Source: Christensenella sp. UBA3944
GTDB taxonomy: Bacteria > Bacillota > Clostridia > Christensenellales > DTU072
Length of the DNA: 64,000 nucleotides
Direction: 5' to 3'
Assembly: GCA_002385605.1 (NCBI GenBank)
Contig: DGDU01000033.1
Location: forward strand, 13,587 to 77,586
The position numbers and the translations under genes were made by a program. Positions 6,343 through 14,401 of the stretch are shown here, piece by piece. The notes under the pieces were generated by a model. The model worked only from the letters and a program-made list of their open reading frames with translations, was not told the DNA's origin and did no database searches. Within the stretch, counting starts at the first letter, position 1; every line of letters begins with the position of its first letter.

Positions 6343-9114
6343 TTATTCCGTGAGGTTAATGCGGCTGTCAAGTTCCGCCATCATGTGGCTGTAATCGGTC
6401 TGCTTGTCTATTATTATGAGGTGCGAGAGGTATCTCTTGGCGTCCATATACTCGCCCTGCATGGCAAGCTGCCTTATGAGGCGCAGCAGCCCGAAAACAA
6501 TCTCCTGCCTTATGCTCTTGCGTTCGTCGGCAAAGTCGTCGTAGGTGATGTCGGCGGCAAATTCGCCCTTGTAAAGCTCGAGAATCTGGTTCATGATTTC
6601 CATCATTTTATAGGTGTTGGTCTCGACCTTGTAGCGCAGCATAAGGGATTTGTAATGCGAGTAGTCGCTCTCGAGGTTGTCGATACGAAGGATGTAGCGG
6701 CTGTTAATGTAGTCCAGCTTATAATCGATATTGTAGGCCGCGAGCGTCTTTCTGATAATATTGTTTGTGGTTTTGAGGTTATTTATAGCCGATTCGTAAA
6801 GATAATCCTTCCAGAGGTAGTCTATTATAACCGAGCGGTCGATGCCCTGCTCGCCGGCAAGTATATAGTGCAGGAAGAGGTCGCGGGATTTGCGGGTCTT
6901 CCATTGCACGACCTCGCCGCCCACGGTGATGCGCACATCGCCGAACATATCGATGTTGATGCTTCCCACCGAGTGCTTTAGCTTTTCTTTCTTCTTGAGG
7001 GCGTCCTCGACTTCCTGAACAAAATCTTCCTCTATCTTGTTCTGCTTGGCGAAGGAGATTATCTTGCTGAATATGTCGTGATAATTATCCACAACAATCA
7101 TCTTCATCCCGTAGGAAGAAGACGACCTGAGTATGTTCTTAACCAGAGTGTGGGCGTCCTTCAAATCGCCTTTGACAAGCATATGAGATGTGGCGATGGC
7201 GACGCCTATCAGCCAGTTGGTGGAACGCGCCTGGCTGGTCTGCACGCATTGGGTGGCGTACTTGTATGCCTTTTCGCTGTCGCCCAGCTTGAGATAGCAA
7301 TAGCTTAGCGCCAGCTGAAGCATAGAAACATACTTGGGAAAGTAGGTTTCGCATTGCTTAAGGTAGATGTGCGCGACTTCCTTGGCGTAGTTGGGGTCGC
7401 CGAAGCGGGCGTAAGCTATGCAGCGCTGCCCTATCACATAAAAACGGGTGGCGTTGTTTTCTTTGCTTAGCTTTACCGCAAGATCGTACTTTGCCAGGGC
7501 CTCCCTTACCTTGCCGTAATAGAGGTCTATCATACCGAGCGTGCTGTAAAGAAGCCCGATGTCGGTTTCGATTTCGTTGGTTATGGCAAAATCAAGCGCT
7601 TCCTTGGCTATCATCTCGGCCTTTTCGACTTCGCCTTCGTAGTAGCGGAAGGCGATCTGCGAATGCGGCACGACATAAGTGGGAAGGTACTCTTTTAGCT
7701 TGTCGGCAATCATAATCGCCCTGCGGTAGTTGCCGATGTTAAAGTAGGCAATCGAGAGGTCCTCGAGGGCCTTTATATAGAAAAGTGTTTTTTCGCACTC
7801 GGGCGAAAGAATCTTGTTTTCGTACTCGGTAATGGGTATGTTGAGCTCCTTGCGGAAAGGCACCGTAAGGCAGTACAGCACATTGAGTATGGCGGGATTT
7901 GCGCGGCTTAACTTTGCCATTATGGGGTTTATTACGCCGGCAATCTCGTCGTTTAGCCCCTGCTTGTCGTAGCTGTTTGCCAGAAGGAAAGCCGCCGTCG
8001 TTTCGGCCAGGTTGTCGCCGAGGTCTGAAAATACCGTTATAAGGTCTTTGAAATATTTATTGGAAACCTCGTATTCGCCTTTGGCGGCGGCGACTATGCC
8101 CATATAAAGCTTGTAGTACGGGTAGCTTTCGTCCACCGGAGGGTATTCCATATTTTTGCGGGAGGCGGCAAAGTCCCAAAGCCTCAGAAGCCTTATTTCG
8201 TCCGAAAGTATGGCCTTTATGCATTTGTCGGCTTCGCTGAGCCTGTTCTGCTTGCAGTTGAAAATAAAAGCCGAATAATGCTCGCCGTTGCGGTAGAGGT
8301 AGTCGGCGTAAAGGGGTATAAGAGGCGCCGAGAACTTTTCGGCTATGATATGCTCGTATTTGTCCCTGTTTTCGGCAAGGTAGTTGCGAAGAAGGGTATT
8401 AATCCTGAAATACCTTACATCCCTGGTAGCCACATAGTACTCTTTGCGGGAGAGCATACGGAGAAGCTCTTCGCCCTCAGGATAAATTTCCCTGACAAAC
8501 ATCGAGTCGAAAACGATAAGCTCGCTTATATATGTCAAAAAGGCGATATGCTCGTCTTCCAGGCCCTCGAGGTAGGTTTTGCAGTCGGGAAGCGGGGTAT
8601 GGTGGGTGAGGATATTTTCGTCTATGAGTTTGGGGTAAATGGGCTCGAAACGGGTGTAGTCGAAATTAATAAAGGTTTCGCTGGAGATTACGATTTTTAG
8701 GTTGGAGGGGCAATGCTTTATCATGCGCTCGAGCAAAGAAAGGTCGAAGTCTTTGGGAAGCCTCTCCATTCTCTCGAATATCATAAGGCAGTTGCCCTTT
8801 ATCTTGGAAATGTAGTCTAATATGGACATCGCCACGACATTGCAGTCGTTAAAGGTCGAGTCGCAGAACAGCAGCTGATACATCTTTAGCTTGAACTGCT
8901 CGTCATTTTTGACAACCTTTCCTACAAGAGTGTGGCAGAACAAATCGAAATCGTCTACGACCGCGTTAAACCAAAAAACCGTGTGATAGCGGTTGGCGAG
9001 CTCGGTAAGAAAATCGGTTTTGCCCGTGCCCGCGGGAGCAAACAACATAACGGCAGAGGTGTTGTTGGCCATTATCTCGTTGATAAGCGTATTGGTGTTG
9101 GTGTCGTACTTCAT
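6343..9114 (-). CDS. large signal-transduction ATPase with TPR-like repeats and a C-terminal SARP module (winged helix plus BTAD)
   Basis: P-loop FAPAGTGKTDF near the N-terminus. TPR-like helices (YFNIGNYRRAIMIADKLKEY, YLKLGDSEKAYKYATQCVQ). C-terminus FGDVRITVGGEVVQWKTRKSRDLFLHYILAG...IIDYLWKD...NNLKTTNNIIRKTL, then ILELYKGEFAADITYDDFADERKSIRQEI...GEYMDAKRYLSHLIIID. Confidence 0.75.
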   Translation of the reverse strand: MKYDTNTNTLINEIMANNTSAVMLFAPAGTGKTDFLTELANRYHTVFWFNAVVDDFDLFCHTLVGKVVKNDEQFKLKMYQLLFCDSTFNDCNVVAMSILDYISKIKGNCLMIFERMERLPKDFDLSLLERMIKHCPSNLKIVISSETFINFDYTRFEPIYPKLIDENILTHHTPLPDCKTYLEGLEDEHIAFLTYISELIVFDSMFVREIYPEGEELLRMLSRKEYYVATRDVRYFRINTLLRNYLAENRDKYEHIIAEKFSAPLIPLYADYLYRNGEHYSAFIFNCKQNRLSEADKCIKAILSDEIRLLRLWDFAASRKNMEYPPVDESYPYYKLYMGIVAAAKGEYEVSNKYFKDLITVFSDLGDNLAETTAAFLLANSYDKQGLNDEIAGVINPIMAKLSRANPAILNVLYCLTVPFRKELNIPITEYENKILSPECEKTLFYIKALEDLSIAYFNIGNYRRAIMIADKLKEYLPTYVVPHSQIAFRYYEGEVEKAEMIAKEALDFAITNEIETDIGLLYSTLGMIDLYYGKVREALAKYDLAVKLSKENNATRFYVIGQRCIAYARFGDPNYAKEVAHIYLKQCETYFPKYVSMLQLALSYCYLKLGDSEKAYKYATQCVQTSQARSTNWLIGVAIATSHMLVKGDLKDAHTLVKNILRSSSSYGMKMIVVDNYHDIFSKIISFAKQNKIEEDFVQEVEDALKKKEKLKHSVGSINIDMFGDVRITVGGEVVQWKTRKSRDLFLHYILAGEQGIDRSVIIDYLWKDYLYESAINNLKTTNNIIRKTLAAYNIDYKLDYINSRYILRIDNLESDYSHYKSLMLRYKVETNTYKMMEIMNQILELYKGEFAADITYDDFADERKSIRQEIVFGLLRLIRQLAMQGEYMDAKRYLSHLIIIDKQTDYSHMMAELDSRINLTE

Positions 9115-9138
9115 GATACTCCTCTTTCTCCGCCAGCT

Positions 9139-9167
9139 GTAAAATGATTGTAAATTATTCGTAAAAT
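9139..9167. promoter_or_regulatory. three direct heptamer repeats GTAAAWT at 11-bp spacing; candidate SARP box
   Basis: GTAAAAT 9139-9145, GTAAATT 9150-9156, GTAAAAT 9161-9167, then CATAAT at 9177-9182. Confidence 0.45.
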
Positions 9168-9175
9168 AAAGTCAA
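9147..9175 (-). promoter_or_regulatory. candidate sigma-A promoter of the regulator gene
   Basis: Minus strand TTGACT (9175-9170), 17 nt, TACAAT (9152-9147). SD GGAG sits 4 nt before ATG 9114. Confidence 0.45.
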
Positions 9176-9266
9176 GCATAATAATGGAATATCGAAAAAA
9201 TTAGTAAATATTCTTGTTCTTTGACAAAGCCCGCCCCGCCCGCATACTATATACGGAGGTGAGGCA

Positions 9267-9536
9267 ATGAGAATAAACGACTACATAAAAAAACGCGCCG
9301 CGGGAAGCCAGCCCGCCCCCGAAAACGGCCAAAACACCCAGGAAATGCTCGATAAATACGGCAAAATGAACGAAGAGCAGCTGATGCAGGAGATGTTCAA
9401 AAACGCCGCCATAAGCCGTGCCAACGGCACATTAAACGATGAAATGCTGGATAATTTTTACAGCAACGCCAAGGCTTTTCTCACTCCCGAGCAGGCCGAG
9501 CGCATGCGCGAACTTATAAGAGAGCTTAAAAAGTAG
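9267..9536 (+). CDS. hypothetical small protein, 89 aa, helical, Glu/Met/Asn-rich
   Basis: GGAGG 7 nt upstream of the ATG. No family recognised. Confidence 0.65.
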   Translation: MRINDYIKKRAAGSQPAPENGQNTQEMLDKYGKMNEEQLMQEMFKNAAISRANGTLNDEMLDNFYSNAKAFLTPEQAERMRELIRELKK

Positions 9537-9541
9537 CGGAG

Positions 9542-9913
9542 GTGGATATGAACAACAATATTATGTCGATGCTTCCGCTTCTCATGATGGGCATGAACGG
9601 CGGAAAGGGCGGAAACAACAATATGGCGGATATGCTAAAGATGTTTTCCGCCATGAGCGGCGGAGGTTCACCCTTAGGCGGGGGTATGCCTTTCGGCGGG
9701 CAACAAGGCGGGTCGCCCGATATGTCCACGCTTATGGGGCTTATGAGTATGATGCAGGGCCAGAACAACAATCCCCAGCCGCCCCCGCAGCAGCAGGCGG
9801 CGCCCAATTACGGGATAAACAAGCAAATGCCCTCGGAAATGTTAAAGCAGATGCTCCCGCCCGAGGCGATCTCGATTCTTGAATATATGATGAGGAAAAA
9901 CAGTCCCGCTTAA
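9542..9913 (+). CDS. hypothetical low-complexity Met/Gly/Gln/Asn/Pro-rich protein, 123 aa
   Basis: GGAGG 5 nt upstream of the ATG and 5 nt after the stop of the preceding ORF. I count 22 Met in 123 residues. Confidence 0.65.
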   Translation: MDMNNNIMSMLPLLMMGMNGGKGGNNNMADMLKMFSAMSGGGSPLGGGMPFGGQQGGSPDMSTLMGLMSMMQGQNNNPQPPPQQQAAPNYGINKQMPSEMLKQMLPPEAISILEYMMRKNSPA

Positions 9914-9975
9914 TCCGCCCCGCACAACGGCTTGTTATTAAATCTGCGGACTGCTTTTAACAGCAAAACGCCGGC

Positions 9976-10317
9976 TTAGCCCATCCTCTCGGAGAGCTTG
10001 TTGCCGCCCAGGATGTGTATGTGCAGGTGGAATACCGATTGGCAGGAGTCGGCGCCTTTGTTGTTTATAATACGGAAGCCGTTGGAAAGCCCCAATTCGT
10101 CGGCGAGCGAGGAAAGCTTCTTCAGCGCTCTTGCCAGCACGGCGGCGTCCTCGTCCGTCATTTGGGTAATGTCGGCGTAGTGGCGCTTGGGGATAAGCAA
10201 ATAGTGCTTGTCGGCTTGGGGGTTAATGTCGGCGATGATGATAAATTCGTCGTCCTCGTAAAACTTCTTAGAGGGGATATCCCCTTTTATTATTTTGCAG
10301 AATACGCAGTCGGTCAT
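9976..10317 (-). CDS. HIT-family (histidine triad) protein
   Basis: HLHIHILGG triad motif, 113 aa. Confidence 0.92.
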   Translation of the reverse strand: MTDCVFCKIIKGDIPSKKFYEDDEFIIIADINPQADKHYLLIPKRHYADITQMTDEDAAVLARALKKLSSLADELGLSNGFRIINNKGADSCQSVFHLHIHILGGNKLSERMG

Positions 10318-11570
10318 ATCGGCATCTCCTTTTCGCTTCCTTTTATTCCGTCCTTATACAGTTCGTCTGGTATAATTATAACACGCTTTTTGGGAGTTTT
10401 TAAAGGGGTATAACAGCGGACATAGTATTGCGAGTAGCCCTCGGCGATACCGTCCTTTGTTTCCTCTATTATGACATTCTGTGCGGCGCCCAGCATCTTT
10501 TTAAGGTATTGTTCGCATAGCCCGTCCCGCACTTCGGCAAGCCGCGCCGCCCTGTCCTTTACGGTTTTCGGGTCTAAAGGCTTAAGCTTTGCTGCCTTTG
10601 TGCCTTCCCTCGCCGAAAACGGGAAAATGTGAATGTCCGAAAACCCTACTTCCTTTACAAAATTCAGGGTATTTTGGAAGCTCTCCTCAGTTTCGGTGGG
10701 GTAGCCCACAATGATGTCGGTGGTGATCGCGGCAAGCGGGTCGTACCGCCTTATAAGTTTCACCTTTTCCTTGTAGTCCGCCGTCGTGTACCGGCGGTTC
10801 ATATCCTTAAGAACGCCGTCGTCGCCGTTTTGTAACGAAAGGTGAAAGTGCGGGCAGAAATCCTTAAGCGAAAACAAAGCGTCCAGAAGCTCGGCGCTTA
10901 TGCCCTCGACATAGAACGAACCCAGCCTTACCCTTACATCGACATCCTTTATCTCGCGCATGAGGGCGGCGAGGCTTTCGCCGTTGTCTTTGCCGTAGAA
11001 GGAAAGGTTGATGCCCGTGATAACGATCTCGTCTAAAGACTTTGAAAGCGCCCTTATTTCTTCCGCCGCGGCGGCAATCTTTTTGGAGCGGGGGGCTCCC
11101 CTCAAATGGGGTATTATACAGTAGGAACAAAAGTTGGAGCAGCCGTCCTGAATTTTAACAAAACCGCGAGTGCGGGATACCGAAGGTAAAAATTCGGTTT
11201 CCTCAAACGCCGAAGGAAGCTCATCGACGGCAGAATGATTTTGCCCCAGATATTCCAGAAGTTTTGTCTTCCCCGCCACGCCCGAAACATACTGCACGCC
11301 GTTTTTAAGAAAGAACTCGGCGTTTTTCTGAGAGGCGCAGCCGCATATCGCAATATAGGCTTGGGGGTTGTGCGCGCGGATGCGGGAGAGGATCTGCCTC
11401 GACTTTCTTTCGGCTTCCGAAGTTACGGCGCAGGTATTTACGATGTAGACATCGGCGTACTCCAGCCTATCCGAAGTTTCGTAGCCCATCGACTTTAGCC
11501 CAGCCGCCAGGACATCGCATTCATACTGGTTGGTCTTGCACCCGAGATTAAAAACTACGGCTTTTTTCAT
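10314..11570 (-). CDS. mtaB: MiaB-like methylthiotransferase, MtaB type
   Basis: N-terminal MTTase domain VVFNLGCKTNQYE, radical-SAM CSNFCSYCIIP, C-terminal TRAM-like region. Start moved to ATG 11570 (MKKAVVF), which overlaps the rsmE stop as ATGA. Confidence 0.9.
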   Translation of the reverse strand: MKKAVVFNLGCKTNQYECDVLAAGLKSMGYETSDRLEYADVYIVNTCAVTSEAERKSRQILSRIRAHNPQAYIAICGCASQKNAEFFLKNGVQYVSGVAGKTKLLEYLGQNHSAVDELPSAFEETEFLPSVSRTRGFVKIQDGCSNFCSYCIIPHLRGAPRSKKIAAAAEEIRALSKSLDEIVITGINLSFYGKDNGESLAALMREIKDVDVRVRLGSFYVEGISAELLDALFSLKDFCPHFHLSLQNGDDGVLKDMNRRYTTADYKEKVKLIRRYDPLAAITTDIIVGYPTETEESFQNTLNFVKEVGFSDIHIFPFSAREGTKAAKLKPLDPKTVKDRAARLAEVRDGLCEQYLKKMLGAAQNVIIEETKDGIAEGYSQYYVRCYTPLKTPKKRVIIIPDELYKDGIKGSEKEMPI

Positions 11571-12274
11571 AGCTCTCCCAAAGCGGCGAGCCCCAGCGTC
11601 ATTGCGGCGACCGCCGCCGTTTCGGCGCGCAGGATACGCTTGCCCAAGGTGACTATCTGTACCCCTTTTTCCTGGGCGTAGGCAACTTCGGTTTCGGTAA
11701 AGCCGCCCTCGGCGCCCACAAACAGAGCAAGCGTGTGCGAGTTTTTCGCAACGGCGTCCTTTATGGTCTTGCCGCGGCAGTTTTCGTAGCAAAGAACCCT
11801 GTTTTCGGCTGCTCTCGAAATCTCTATCGCCTTATCGAAATTAACGGGCTCGCAAATATCGGGAAGCCTCGCCCTGCCGCATTGTTTCGCGGCTTCCCTG
11901 ACGATTTTTTGCAGCCTGTCCTGCTTTATACCGCTGATGTTGGTGTTTATGCTGTAAAACGGCACGATACGGGTGGCGCCCAGTTCGACAGCCTTCTGGA
12001 CTATAAAGTCCAGCTCCTTGCAGACGCCCTGGAAGAATATGAGCGAGCCCGAAACCTCGTTTTTGTTAATCTCTTTGCGGAATATCTTTGCCGTGAGGGA
12101 CTCTTTTTCGACGGATTCTATTTTGGCGTAATAATCGTAGCCGTCGCCAATGCAAACGATTATCGTAAAGCCGGCTTTATGCCTTGTTACCTTTACGCAA
12201 TGGTGGAACTCCTCGCCTGTGAGTATTACCTTGTCGCCATCTATGCGGTCGCAAAAGAATCTCTTAATTTCCAT
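11567..12274 (-). CDS. rsmE: 16S rRNA (uracil1498-N3)-methyltransferase
   Basis: RsmE/YqeU-like; C-terminal LGKRILRAETAA. Confidence 0.92.
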   Translation of the reverse strand: MEIKRFFCDRIDGDKVILTGEEFHHCVKVTRHKAGFTIIVCIGDGYDYYAKIESVEKESLTAKIFRKEINKNEVSGSLIFFQGVCKELDFIVQKAVELGATRIVPFYSINTNISGIKQDRLQKIVREAAKQCGRARLPDICEPVNFDKAIEISRAAENRVLCYENCRGKTIKDAVAKNSHTLALFVGAEGGFTETEVAYAQEKGVQIVTLGKRILRAETAAVAAMTLGLAALGEL

Positions 12275-12312
12275 TTGTCCCTCCGTTTTTCGGATATGCG
12301 CGCAAGCGGGGG

Positions 12313-13233
12313 TTACAGCTTAAGAAGCAGCCCCACCCAATCGCCTTCCCCGCACTCTTTTATAAGGGTCAGCCCCTTGTCCTTCAGGGCTTTTATCACT
12401 TCGCCCTTTCTTTTGTTTATTATGCCCGAACAGACCATAAACCCGCCATCTTTAATGTGGGCGGTCAGCCCCGCCTCGGCAAGCCTCGATATAATGTCGG
12501 CGGTGAGGTTGGCAAGAAGTATATCCGCCTTAAGCCCCGTCTTTGTAAGCAGGTCGCTTTCCTCTATTGTAACACTCTGAATCACATCGTTCAAGCGGGC
12601 GTTGTCGGTTGCCGATTTTACGGCGAGGCTGTCTATGTCGCACATATAGCAATGCCCGGCTTCGGCCTTTATGGCGGCTATGCCTAATACGCCGCTTCCC
12701 GTGCCCACATCTATTACCTGTTTGCCCTTGATATCCAATTCGGACATGAGCTTAAGGCACAGCCTTGTGGATTCGTGCTCGCCCGTGCCGAACGCCATCG
12801 AGGGGTCTATCTTTATGACAATTTCGCCATCCTTAGGCTCATATTCCTCCCACGAGGGGGCGACGACAAACCTTCCCGCTTTTATGGGTTTGAAGTACTT
12901 TTTCCATTCGTCCAGCCAGTCGCAGTCGACATAGTCGGTAACGGTAATATTGAGGCTGCCCATATCGACGCCGCTTATCTCCGCAAGGCGGGATTTTAAT
13001 TCCTCTACCTTGGCTTTCCATTCCTCGCAGGATACAAAACAGCTAACCTTTACTGGCCCGCTTGTGTCCAGCAAAGATTCCTCGACATAGTCCCAATGAG
13101 TCTTTGAGGCAAGGACTTCGTTGATGTCGTTGGGGTCGTCGACGACCACGCCGCCCGCGCCCAAGCCAAAAAAGATGCCGGCTATAAAGTCGGCACCCTG
13201 AGATGTTGTTTCGACGGTTATTTGTTTATACAT
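12313..13233 (-). CDS. prmA: ribosomal protein L11 methyltransferase
   Basis: PrmA layout with VIDVGTGSGVLGIAA SAM motif. Confidence 0.93.
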   Translation of the reverse strand: MYKQITVETTSQGADFIAGIFFGLGAGGVVVDDPNDINEVLASKTHWDYVEESLLDTSGPVKVSCFVSCEEWKAKVEELKSRLAEISGVDMGSLNITVTDYVDCDWLDEWKKYFKPIKAGRFVVAPSWEEYEPKDGEIVIKIDPSMAFGTGEHESTRLCLKLMSELDIKGKQVIDVGTGSGVLGIAAIKAEAGHCYMCDIDSLAVKSATDNARLNDVIQSVTIEESDLLTKTGLKADILLANLTADIISRLAEAGLTAHIKDGGFMVCSGIINKRKGEVIKALKDKGLTLIKECGEGDWVGLLLKL

Positions 13234-13252
13234 AAATCTCCGTTAGGAAGCC

Positions 13253-14386
13253 TTAAAGCTCTTTGATAATCTTGTTGTACTTGTCAAGCTTGTCGTATTT
13301 GCCGCCCGCAAGCACGGTTTCGAGCTCCTTGAGCTGCTTTTTCTGCTTGCCCGAGAGGTTGCGGGGTACATCGACGATAACTTTAACGAACAAATCGCCG
13401 TAGGAGTCGCTGCGAAGGTGCTTTACCCCCTTGCCCTTTACCCTTATTATCGTGCCGTCTTGCGTGCCTTCGGGTATTTCGATCTTTACGGGCGCGCTTA
13501 AGGTTGGTATCTCGATTTCGGCGCCGAGGATGGCCTGCGCTACCGTTATCGGAAGCTCCATGTGCAGGTTGACACCGTCACGTTTGAAAAGCGGGTGCGG
13601 AAGCACATTGAATATGACAATGAGGTTGCCGTTGGGCGCACCGGGGCCGCCCGCATTGCCTTCGTTGCGCATGGTGAGCATCTGCCCGTTGTCTACGCCC
13701 GCCGGAATCTTTATCTTTACAGAGCGCTGGCGGCGCACCTTGCCCTTGCCTTTGCAGTCGGGGCAGGACTCGAGTATTATCTTGCCCGAGCCTCCGCACA
13801 TATCGCAAACCCTTTCGGTCTGCATAATGCCAAGCATTGTGCGCTGGCTTACAGTTATGCGCCCCCTGCCGCCGCACTTGGTGCAGGTCTTGTATCGCGT
13901 GCCGTCTTTTGCGCCCGTGCCCTTGCAGGAGTCGCAACGCTCCACCCTGCTGTACGATACTTCCTTCTCGACGCCGTAGCAGGCTTCCTTGAAGGTTAGG
14001 GTTAGGGGTACTTCTATATCGTCACCCGCGCGGGGGCCGGAGGAAGCCCTGCCGCCCCCCGTAAAGGCGCTGAATATATCGCTGAATATATCAAACCCGC
14101 CGAAGTCCCTGAAGCCGCCAAAGCCCTGGCTGAAGCCTCCGCCGCCCATAGGCCCGTCTTCGCTTCCGTACTGGTCGTAAGCCGCCCTCTTCTGGGGGTC
14201 GGAAAGCACATCGTAGGCGTACTGGACTTCCTTGAACTTTTTTTCGGCTTCCGCCTTCTGGCTTTCGGTCGCGTTTGTGTATAGGTCCGGGTGATATTTT
14301 TTGGCTAACTTGCGATACGCGGACTTTATCTCGTCCGCGCTCGCGTCCTTGCTTACACCCAGTATTTCGTAATAATTAGCCGCCAT
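13253..14386 (-). CDS. dnaJ: molecular chaperone DnaJ
   Basis: J-domain KYHPD, G/F region, four CxxCxGxG zinc motifs. Confidence 0.97.
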   Translation of the reverse strand: MAANYYEILGVSKDASADEIKSAYRKLAKKYHPDLYTNATESQKAEAEKKFKEVQYAYDVLSDPQKRAAYDQYGSEDGPMGGGGFSQGFGGFRDFGGFDIFSDIFSAFTGGGRASSGPRAGDDIEVPLTLTFKEACYGVEKEVSYSRVERCDSCKGTGAKDGTRYKTCTKCGGRGRITVSQRTMLGIMQTERVCDMCGGSGKIILESCPDCKGKGKVRRQRSVKIKIPAGVDNGQMLTMRNEGNAGGPGAPNGNLIVIFNVLPHPLFKRDGVNLHMELPITVAQAILGAEIEIPTLSAPVKIEIPEGTQDGTIIRVKGKGVKHLRSDSYGDLFVKVIVDVPRNLSGKQKKQLKELETVLAGGKYDKLDKYNKIIKEL

Positions 14387-14401
14387 TTATCTCTCTTTAG
14401 T

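Noticed and set aside
6343-9114. The STAND-like ATPase/TPR protein as an Avs-type antiphage sensor.
   Set aside because: No nuclease, protease, TIR or other effector domain is recognisable. The only output module is a DNA-binding SARP domain, and the neighbours are housekeeping RNA-modification genes.
9221-9251. A sporulation sigma-K-type promoter (AC-N17-CATAnnnTA fits ACA...CATACTATA) ahead of the small-gene pair, which would suggest spore-coat proteins.
   Set aside because: The same bases also fit a sigma-A TTGACA/TACTAT promoter. The window shows no sporulation genes where spore formers usually have them (no gpr or spoIIP upstream of lepA). A short degenerate motif alone is not sufficient evidence.
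11571-11792. A 74-aa N-terminal extension of the mtaB ORF, and similar upstream extensions of the rbgA, yraN, rpsP, rpmF, ylxM, GDPD and desulfurase ORFs.
   Set aside because: The extensions overlap the preceding gene or the SD. They are Arg-rich nonsense or begin at a TTG/GTG inside the SD. The conserved N-termini begin at internal ATGs with proper spacing or stop-start overlaps.
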